Virus record (IMG/VR): IMGVR_UViG_3300046474_000019
DNA: 64,000 nucleotides
Direction: 5' to 3' (one strand)
From: an uncultured virus (IMG/VR IMGVR_UViG_3300046474_000019)
Taxonomy: Duplodnaviria > Heunggongvirae > Uroviricota > Caudoviricetes
Part shown: piece after piece, positions 1 through 6,246 of the stretch
How the letters are laid out: every line of letters begins with the position of its first letter
Numbering within the stretch: position 1 is the stretch's first letter
Program-made: the position numbers and the translations under genes
Notes under the pieces: model-generated
Databases searched by the model: none
Seen by the model: only the letters and a program-made list of their open reading frames with translations
Told to the model about the DNA's origin: nothing

Positions 1-265
1 CACAGGTTGGACCAATGTACGCCACCACGTGAGCTTGTGTACGCTGAATAGCACGACACAGCATGTGAGCTGTATCCATACTACCACCCGGCGTTACGAT
101 ATCGATGTGAATCAAGTCACGCTCGCCTGCGGCAGCAAACAACTGAAACTCGTCTTCAAAATCATCCACTTCTGTGATAGGACGTGCCAGTCTCAGGTGG
201 TATTCATTCGCGACGTGTTGTGTCATCATAATACGATTTGGTTTTGTTTGGAAATCTTCACTCAT
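1..265 (-). CDS. ClpP-like protease subunit (5' part; runs off window start)
   Basis: Manual translation MSEDFQTKPNRI...DLIHIDIVTPGGSMDTAHMLCRAIQRTQAHVVAYIGPTC resembles the ClpP I-x-I-N-S-P-G-G motif; start overlaps the phoH stop. Confidence 0.7.
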   Translation of the reverse strand, partial: MSEDFQTKPNRIMMTQHVANEYHLRLARPITEVDDFEDEFQLFAAAGERDLIHIDIVTPGGSMDTAHMLCRAIQRTQAHVVAYIGPTC

Positions 266-1034
266 ACTTTACGCCCTCCCGTTCGTCTTTCTCGAAAGCG
301 ATGATCCAATCCTTACAGGCTTGGCTACGCTCAATGTCGTTCACATGGTTGAAGTCGATAAAGCCAATTGGCAAGTGAGTGTGTTTAGACGCCATACGAG
401 TAAGCATTCTCAAACCAGAATGACTCTTCAAAGCACTCTGGCTTACGTCACCACTAATCACCATTTTGCAATTCTTACCTTGACGGGTAACAATGTTCTT
501 GGCTTCTTCTTGGTTAATGTCTTCACCTTCGTCAACAATAAAGAAGCAGCTCTCAGCACTGAAACCTTTCAACACTTCCAGAGGTACATACTGGATGTTC
601 CCGTTCTCGATAGCAGTTTGAAGTCCACCCGGTGTCAGACGATCCTTGAGGATATTGATAACAGGCATCAGCCACATTTCCATCTTCTCTACCGCACTGC
701 CTTTGAACATACCCAGCGACTTACTGTTAGAAATGTTAGGACGCACGAACACAATCTTATCAATCTCACCTTTCAGGTAAGCATCACATGCCATAACAGT
801 TGGGATGTAGGTTTTAGATGTGCCAGCGTAGCCTGTGGCGATGGTGAGAGGGTTTTCGTTGATGGATTGGATGTACGCAGCTTGTTTGTCGTTGCGTGGC
901 TTCAGCGGCGTGGTGTTGGCTTTGGAGCGCCCATCTTCTCTTGCTTCTACAAACTTTGGACTGACTTCCCGACCACGTTGTTCTTTTTCTTCCCAGCGTT
1001 TTCCAATAATTTTCGCTTGGTTTCTCTTAGCCAT
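258..1034 (-). CDS. phoH: PhoH-like ATPase
   Basis: Walker A-like GYAGTSKT, VRP motif, LGMFKG, VPLEVLKGFS, IVDEGED, ISGDVSQS. Confidence 0.92.
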   Translation of the reverse strand: MAKRNQAKIIGKRWEEKEQRGREVSPKFVEAREDGRSKANTTPLKPRNDKQAAYIQSINENPLTIATGYAGTSKTYIPTVMACDAYLKGEIDKIVFVRPNISNSKSLGMFKGSAVEKMEMWLMPVINILKDRLTPGGLQTAIENGNIQYVPLEVLKGFSAESCFFIVDEGEDINQEEAKNIVTRQGKNCKMVISGDVSQSALKSHSGLRMLTRMASKHTHLPIGFIDFNHVNDIERSQACKDWIIAFEKDEREGVKYE

Positions 1035-1076
1035 TATGCACCTCCATGAAAGAGGGCACCGAAGTGCCCGAATAGA

Positions 1077-1448
1077 TTAGCCCTCTTGTTCGTCAGTCAG
1101 ACCAAGAGCTTCTTCATCTGCAACTGGAATCAGTGCAGCGAGAATACGGATACGCTCATCGTTTACAGCGTCACTCACTTGCTGCGATGCAACAATCACG
1201 TTGTTGAACTCATCGCTCTTCATGATCTTGTCAACACGCTTGATTGTGGCGAAGTCCACACGCTCAAGGAACGCTTGCCCTACGATTTCGGTATAGGCAT
1301 CAAGGTCAACCATGTTCAGCAAGCTCTCAGCCAGTTCTGGAGTTAGTTGCAAACCCTGTGCGTGCAGGATAGGGAACAGGATGTTGCTCAGGTCATTCTT
1401 TGCGAAGTCGTAGAAGAACTCACGTTGTGCTTTGGTTAGTTTTGCCAT
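1077..1448 (-). CDS. hypothetical protein
   Basis: 123-aa ORF in a tight minus-strand operon. Confidence 0.75.
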   Translation of the reverse strand: MAKLTKAQREFFYDFAKNDLSNILFPILHAQGLQLTPELAESLLNMVDLDAYTEIVGQAFLERVDFATIKRVDKIMKSDEFNNVIVASQQVSDAVNDERIRILAALIPVADEEALGLTDEQEG

Positions 1449-1450
1449 AA

Positions 1451-1879
1451 TTATTCAGCCTCCTTCAATTCATCAATAGTTGGTTCAGCTTTCAAAGCTT
1501 TCTTTGCAGGAGCTTTCTTCGCTGGTTTTTCTTCTTTCGGCTCATCTTTGACAAGCTCCATTTCAATACTCTTCAAACCCTTCTCATCAAAGAAGTGATT
1601 ACCACCTTCCTTGAATGTGTATCCAGCGTGTACGAAGTTTTGCACCAGCAGCATGAAGGCCATTGGCTCATAATGTTCTACACGTCCACTATGGTCAGCA
1701 GAAATGATCACACCACCCGGTTTGTCAGCCTTGAACATGCGTACAGTGTTGCCGTAGGCGCCAAACTGAGGATAGCCGGGGATTGTGTTCTGAATTGCGT
1801 AGCCTTCTGCAATCGCCTCACAGACGCTCTTGACGAACACGATTGGGTTGTGTTCAACTACATCAATGAAATCGGTCAT
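1451..1879 (-). CDS. hypothetical protein
   Basis: Start moved to MTDFIDVV, preceded by an AGGAG RBS. Confidence 0.75.
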   Translation of the reverse strand: MTDFIDVVEHNPIVFVKSVCEAIAEGYAIQNTIPGYPQFGAYGNTVRMFKADKPGGVIISADHSGRVEHYEPMAFMLLVQNFVHAGYTFKEGGNHFFDEKGLKSIEMELVKDEPKEEKPAKKAPAKKALKAEPTIDELKEAE

Positions 1880-1910
1880 AGGGTTCTCCTTATTGATTTG
1901 ATAATTCCTG

Positions 1911-1938
1911 ATAGTAACACAGTTTTCCTGATTGTCAA
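1911..1938 (-). promoter_or_regulatory. sigma70-like promoter (leftward)
   Basis: TTGACA-N16-TACTAT with extended TG on the minus strand. Confidence 0.75.
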
Positions 1939-1942
1939 GACC

Positions 1943-1971
1943 TTGACGTAGGGCAATTGCCGTGTTAGTAT
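1943..1971 (+). promoter_or_regulatory. sigma70-like promoter driving ncRNA copy A
   Basis: TTGACG-N17-TAGTAT with extended TG; back-to-back with the leftward promoter. Confidence 0.7.
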
Positions 1972-1977
1972 GGAAAA

Positions 1978-2296
1978 ACTGATGGAGAGATATGTCTGCG
2001 AAAGCACCACTCACCGGCCATCAGGAACACGCCTATGAAGAGAGTGCTACTGGGCAAGCTGAGTTCTAATCTGGTTAAAGCGTAGCGGTGACGCCGAAAG
2101 GTGGAATGACCAGAATCTGACAGAGCAATCTGTCTCCTGCCCATGCAGGCCAATCACGATCTCAAGCGTCATGAGGAAACTCATACGAGATAGTGTGGAA
2201 GATAGAACCTTAGGTACGTCTTAGGCAGATTTTCTGTATGGCGTTCCTTAGGGTAATTCTATCTTCCAATACGAAACTCAGCGTCATGAGCAGATC
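1978..2296 (+). ncRNA. unknown structured ncRNA, copy A (homolog at 36691-36978)
   Basis: Shared blocks (ATGTCTG, CACTCACCG, GGAACACG, CCTATGAAGAG, CGATCTCAA, CAATACGAAACTCA) and covarying helices with copy B; own promoter; no credible ORF. Confidence 0.75.
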
Positions 2297-2388
2297 AAAT
2301 ACAATAACTAACACATACAACCACCTAAACCACTGATACTAAAGGAGATTGTATGAAATAACCCTAAACAATATAAGGAAACCAAACT

Positions 2389-2583
2389 ATGAGATGCCGA
2401 TGCTGCGACGTACCGCTGATCAATAATGACAGCCCCGCATGGAATAAGCTCGCACAGAGAGAAGAAGACCTTTGTAGTGTGTGCAGAAATCTTGTATACA
2501 ATTCATATACAGAACGAGAGTATATCTGTGGACGATATCCGACTGACGGTGTGACAGGTCCAGTACCCATCAAAGAAAATTAA
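2389..2583 (+). CDS. small Zn-binding hypothetical protein
   Basis: CRCC and CSVC motifs; TAAGGA RBS. Confidence 0.7.
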   Translation: MRCRCCDVPLINNDSPAWNKLAQREEDLCSVCRNLVYNSYTEREYICGRYPTDGVTGPVPIKEN

Positions 2584-2596
2584 TCCTATTAAGGGG

Positions 2597-2624
2597 TTGA
2601 CAGATAGTGCAATCATGGTATACT
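2597..2624 (+). promoter_or_regulatory. sigma70-like promoter upstream of the tRNA region
   Basis: TTGACA-N16-TATACT with extended TG. Confidence 0.75.
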
Positions 2625-2734
2625 TACCATACTTAGACAGAAATGTCCTACAAGTTATGTGAGTGGAGCGTGCCTGTTTCCTCCTCCTTTCGGGCTGTAA
2701 GCCTACCACTCACTCTAATCCGAGGTATAGCGAA

Positions 2735-3052
2735 ATGGAACAAAAGAATAAAGGTGGTCGTCCAACAAAAGCTGAAATGGCTGCACGTGGGGTGACAAAG
2801 ACAGAACTAGATGCTGGTTTGAGAATTCTTAAAAGAATTTACGGACAGGCTATTGACAAGATGATTGAAATCAGCGATGATGAGGACATTCCAGCTAAGG
2901 ACCGTTTCAAGATGAAACAGGTGTTGGTTGATATGTATAACAATCTATACAAATCTAACGAAGCATTGAAGATTCAACTAGCAAAAGGAAGTGAGGGACC
3001 GGATGAGCTAGAGGATAAGCCTCTTGCCCCAGTATTTAACTTCGCTAAGTGA
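2735..3052 (+). CDS. putative terminase small subunit or DNA-binding protein
   Basis: MEQKNKGGRPTK N-terminus, helical, GAGG RBS; function inferred. Confidence 0.45.
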   Translation: MEQKNKGGRPTKAEMAARGVTKTELDAGLRILKRIYGQAIDKMIEISDDEDIPAKDRFKMKQVLVDMYNNLYKSNEALKIQLAKGSEGPDELEDKPLAPVFNFAK

Positions 3053-3058
3053 TACAAT

Positions 3059-3133
3059 TGGACGGAAGCTAAGCGGTCAGGCATCGGACTTTTAATCCGA
3101 ACATGCTGGGTTCGATTCCCAGTCGTCCAACCA
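3059..3133 (+). tRNA. tRNA-Lys(UUU)
   Basis: Cloverleaf; TCGGA-CTTTTAA-TCCGA; GTTCGATTC; CCA end. Confidence 0.9.
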
Positions 3134-3138
3134 AATAT

Positions 3139-3226
3139 AGTAGATTGGCTGAGAGGCCGAAAGCAGCGGATTGCTAATCCGTAGGATGTAAAAGTCCCGT
3201 GAGTTCGAATCTCACATCTACTGCCA
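3139..3226 (+). tRNA. tRNA-Ser(GCU)
   Basis: GCGGA-TTGCTAA-TCCGT; long variable arm; GCCA end. Confidence 0.92.
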
Positions 3227-3351
3227 GAATGATCAAGTCGCTCTTGATAAGAAAACTGCATCGACGTGAGGGGTTCGCGGTCGGGTTGCACTCGGAATGT
3301 TGCGATAGTCCGGTAGGGGTATGAGTCCCAAGTAGAACCCTTTAAATTTAT

Positions 3352-3441
3352 AGCGGGTAGGCTTCATGGCGAAGAAGCAGTTTAGAAAACTGTCCCACTG
3401 GTTAGTAGCCGGTGAGGGTTCGATTCCTTTACCCGCTGCCA
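3352..3441 (+). tRNA. tRNA-Ser(AGA), A34
   Basis: AGCGGGT/ACCCGCT acceptor; GCAGT-TTAGAAA-ACTGT; long variable arm; G73-CCA. Confidence 0.75.
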
Positions 3442-3448
3442 AACAAAC

Positions 3449-3525
3449 GGGCCTTTGATGCAATTGGCAGTCGTGCTTCACTCAAAATGAAGATGTTCCC
3501 AGTTCGAATCTGGGAAGGCCCACCA
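3449..3525 (+). tRNA. tRNA-Leu(CAA), short variable loop
   Basis: GGGCCTT/AAGGCCC; CTTCA-CTCAAAA-TGAAG; ACCA. Confidence 0.85.
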
Positions 3526-3530
3526 AACAA

Positions 3531-3604
3531 GCTTCGTTCGTCTAATGGTAGGGCCGTTGCTTTACACGCAACAGACGGAGGTTCAATTCCTTCACGAAGC
3601 ACCA
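3531..3604 (+). tRNA. tRNA-Val(UAC)
   Basis: GTTGC-TTTACAC-GCAAC; ACCA. Confidence 0.9.
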
Positions 3605-3752
3605 AACATCACAAAGTAATCGCGTTAGGGTTCGATTCCCTCCCAAGCCTCGGCGGACACCTGAAAGGGTGTGGTTCACAAAGCGGATGAAACGTGACTA
3701 GAGAGCAACTGAAGGATGGCCATCTGGATGAAGCTCTCGGTACTAATTTAAT

Positions 3753-3829
3753 TGAGGGATGGCGGAACTGGTAGACGCGCTGGACTTTGAATCCAGCAAT
3801 TGTGGGTTCGACCCCCACTCCCTCTTCCA
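3753..3829 (+). tRNA. tRNA-Gln(UUG)
   Basis: CTGGA-CTTTGAA-TCCAG; CCA end. Confidence 0.88.
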
Positions 3830-4049
3830 AAATTTGAATGACTAGCCTTACCGCACGGCCTAAGCGTTTACTATTGTTGTGGAGATAAAATAGTAGAACG
3901 ACCAACGGAGGGGCAGTGTCCACTACTCGTAATCTTGAGTCATTCAAACCAAACATACCGCGCCTTGGTATGGACAATGTGATAACCAACATCACAAAGT
4001 CGTTGACGCTCAGGAGACAGCGTGTTATAAGTGTCTCCTACGAATTTAT

Positions 4050-4124
4050 GTCTGAGTCTGCTAACGGCAAGCTGCTGGCCTCCAAAGCCATGCGATCTGG
4101 GTTCGAATCCTAGCTCATTCGCCA
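4050..4124 (+). tRNA. tRNA-Trp(CCA), mismatched acceptor stem
   Basis: TGGC-CTCCAAA-GCCA; GTTCGAATC; GCCA end. Confidence 0.75.
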
Positions 4125-4129
4125 AATAT

Positions 4130-4206
4130 ATCCTCATAGCTCAACTGGACAGAGCAAGGGTCTTCTACACCCAAGGCTGAGGGTTCAAATCCTTCTGGGG
4201 ATACCA
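4130..4206 (+). tRNA. tRNA-Arg(UCU)
   Basis: GGGT-CTTCTAC-ACCC; ACCA. Confidence 0.9.
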
Positions 4207-4213
4207 AATAGGA

Positions 4214-4663
4214 GTGCAGATGATAGCTTGTGGATGCTGCGGTACGCAGACAAAGAATAAAAAGTATTGCAGCAAGTCTTGTTCTGCAACTGTGAACAAC
4301 CTTAAACCAAAGCGTGCAAGAAAACAGTGGTTCTGTGTTGATTGCAGCGTAGAGGTCACACATCGTAGGCAGTATTGCGATGATTGCGATCCAAGATGTA
4401 GAGGCGACATTACACTTGCAGAGGCTATCTACAAGAAGCACCACAGATCGTCTGCATTTGCCCTAGTAAGAACAAGAGCAAGGGTTGTAGTTAAAAACGA
4501 ACCAACAGTTTGTGAAGTATGCTCTTACGATAAACATATCGAAGTAGCCCACGTTAAAGGTGTCGCTGAGTTTTCAGAAGACACGCTGCTCAGTGTGATA
4601 AACGATAGAAGTAATTTAAGACTGCTATGCCCTAACTGTCACTGGGAGTTGGATAATTTATAA
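4214..4663 (+). CDS. HNH endonuclease inside the tRNA cluster
   Basis: CEVC...EVAH...NLRLLCPNCH; N-terminal Zn fingers (KYCSKSC). Confidence 0.85.
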   Translation: MQMIACGCCGTQTKNKKYCSKSCSATVNNLKPKRARKQWFCVDCSVEVTHRRQYCDDCDPRCRGDITLAEAIYKKHHRSSAFALVRTRARVVVKNEPTVCEVCSYDKHIEVAHVKGVAEFSEDTLLSVINDRSNLRLLCPNCHWELDNL

Positions 4664-4743
4664 AAGATTTTAAATAAACGCTTGACAGAATGTATTTGTC
4701 GTGTTTAAATACTCATATGAATCAGACATTAAAGGAGAAACAA

Positions 4744-4866
4744 ATGGCAAAGCCATATGATGCAACAAAAGAACACACTCCGGTTGACAAGACACGCTTG
4801 AAAGATAGTAAAGGCCGTCATCCGAATAAAGGACGTAAGGATAAGCATCCTACCTCCGGTAAATGA
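4744..4866 (+). CDS. 40-aa basic small protein
   Basis: AAGGAG RBS; MAKPYDATKEHTPVDKTRLKDSKGRHPNKGRKDKHPTSGK. Confidence 0.6.
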   Translation: MAKPYDATKEHTPVDKTRLKDSKGRHPNKGRKDKHPTSGK

Positions 4867-4872
4867 TTTATT

Positions 4873-4950
4873 GGGCGATTGAAGGGAATTGGTCTACCTT
4901 CCTGACTTAGAATCAGGAGCTTCTCGGTTCGAGTCCGAGGTCGCCTACCA
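4873..4950 (+). tRNA. tRNA-Leu(UAG), short variable loop
   Basis: CCTGA-CTTAGAA-TCAGG; ACCA. Confidence 0.85.
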
Positions 4951-4965
4951 ATTTAAAGTAACAAT

Positions 4966-5042
4966 GCTCTTGTCGTCTAAAGGTATAGGATTGCTGACTT
5001 TCAATCAGTTGATGTTGGGTTCGAGTCCCACCAAGAGTACCA
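4966..5042 (+). tRNA. tRNA-Glu(UUC)
   Basis: GCTGA-CTTTCAA-TCAGT; ACCA. Confidence 0.88.
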
Positions 5043-5046
5043 ATTT

Positions 5047-5121
5047 GGTCTTATCGTATAACGGTTATTATACTCGCCTGTCTAGCGAGGGAACGGAGTT
5101 CGATTCTCCGTAGGACCGCCA
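5047..5121 (+). tRNA. tRNA-Asp(GUC)
   Basis: CTCGC-CTGTCTA-GCGAG; GCCA. Confidence 0.9.
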
Positions 5122-5126
5122 AACAT

Positions 5127-5202
5127 GCTGGAGTACGCTAGTGGCCAAGTGACCACCTTTGTAACGTGGATGCCGTCAGTTCGAATCTGACCTTCAGCAC
5201 CA
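5127..5202 (+). tRNA. tRNA-Thr(UGU)
   Basis: CCAC...TTTGTAA...GTGG; GTTCGAATC; ACCA. Confidence 0.8.
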
Positions 5203-5208
5203 ATTAAT

Positions 5209-5283
5209 TCCCGTGTAGCTCAGCGGTAGAGCAACTGCTTGATAAGCGGTAGGTCGGTTGTTCAAGTCAACCCACGGGAACCA
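5209..5283 (+). tRNA. tRNA-Ile(GAU)
   Basis: ACTGC-TTGATAA-GCGGT; ACCA. Confidence 0.9.
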
Positions 5284-5376
5284 ACTTCGGGCTTTGCCCT
5301 TAGATGCCTCTCCAGACGACTGAGTTGGTCTGGGATATAGAGAAGGCTTGAAGGCGCTTACAACAAACTAATTTAA

Positions 5377-5453
5377 TGCGAGTTAGATATTCTGGAGAAT
5401 ACGCGGGCCTCATAAGCCTGATTAGGTGAGTTCGATCCTCACACTCGCAACCA
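5377..5453 (+). tRNA. tRNA-Met(CAU)
   Basis: CGGGC-CTCATAA-GCCTG; ACCA; Met, fMet or Ile2 identity not resolved. Confidence 0.85.
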
Positions 5454-5579
5454 AACATGTGCTCCCCGCGTGTACAGCCAGTTGAGTGTGCTGTATAAAT
5501 ATAGTCTCTATCAACGTAGTAGTCTACGGATGACCCGGATTGATGCGTCTGGATAAACGACTACAGCATCAAGAATAAT

Positions 5580-5657
5580 TGGTAGTGAGCCATCCGGGTG
5601 AGGGCACTTGACTGTTAATCAAGATGAAGAGTGGTTCGAGTCCACTACTACCAGCCA
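5580..5657 (+). tRNA. tRNA-Asn(GUU)
   Basis: CTTGA-CTGTTAA-TCAAG; GCCA. Confidence 0.9.
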
Positions 5658-5663
5658 AACAAA

Positions 5664-5752
5664 GCGTCGTGATTTATGGGGACTGGGATTCCCGCTGGGC
5701 TGTAAACCCGGTGTCCAAGACTGCGTGGTTCGATTCCGACCATGACGCACCA
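5664..5752 (+). tRNA. tRNA-Tyr(GUA), atypical
   Basis: CTGGG-CTGTAAA-CCCGG; extra nucleotides before the D arm; bulged T arm; ACCA. Confidence 0.65.
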
Positions 5753-5757
5753 AACAA

Positions 5758-5832
5758 CTCGGGGTATCTCAGAGGCAGAGAGCTGGTTTTGGAAACCAGA
5801 GGTCGAGATTTCGAAATTCTCCCCCGTGACCA
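5758..5832 (+). tRNA. tRNA-Pro(UGG)
   Basis: CTGGT-TTTGGAA-ACCAG; ACCA. Confidence 0.8.
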
Positions 5833-5934
5833 ATTTTGCTGTAAAGGATTGTGACAGCCCATGCTGCACGGTTCGTACCCTGTCCAATTAGTTGAAAGGC
5901 GAGACGGATAAGAAAGGGCAGCAAACGCGACAAT

Positions 5935-6008
5935 GGGCTGTAAGAATTTCGATAGTTCGCCTGCCTTGCACGTAGGAGGGGCCAGTTTGACTCTGGCACG
6001 GTCCACCA
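5935..6008 (+). tRNA. tRNA-Ala(UGC)
   Basis: CCTGC-CTTGCAC-GTAGG; G3:U70 present; ACCA. Confidence 0.85.
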
Positions 6009-6014
6009 AATTCC

Positions 6015-6087
6015 GCAGGTACGCACAAGGTGTGTCGCCGGCCTTCCAAGCCGTGTAGCAAGGGTTCGATTCCCTTTATCTGCTCCA
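6015..6087 (+). tRNA. tRNA-Gly(UCC)
   Basis: CGGC-CTTCCAA-GCCG; U73-CCA. Confidence 0.85.
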
Positions 6088-6092
6088 AACAA

Positions 6093-6166
6093 CGCCTGAT
6101 AGTTTAATATGGAAAACACCGTGGATAAGCTGCGGAAGTTGTGGTTCGATTCCACAAAGGCGACCA
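6093..6166 (+). tRNA. tRNA-like gene with non-canonical anticodon loop (pseudo-tRNA?)
   Basis: D arm, T arm (TGTGG-TTCGATT-CCACA) and ACCA present; loop GATAAGC lacks U33; acceptor stem imperfect. Confidence 0.6.
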
Positions 6167-6170
6167 ATTC

Positions 6171-6246
6171 GCATTCTAAGCTAACTAGGTAGAAGCACTG
6201 GATTGAAACCCCAGAGGATGAGGCTCGATACCTCAAGAATGCACCA
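6171..6246 (+). tRNA. tRNA-Phe(GAA)
   Basis: GCATTCT/AGAATGC; CTGG...TTGAAAC...CCAG; ACCA. Confidence 0.85.

Noticed and set aside
2157..2290. CRISPR, retron or group II intron reading of the twin RNA
   Set aside because: Only two repeat units; no cas or reverse transcriptase gene in the window; no recognisable domain V or flanking split gene
5519..5564. Hammerhead-like CGGATGA-stem-TAAAC
   Set aside because: Core deviates from CUGANGA/GAAA and no third stem with an NUH site is visible
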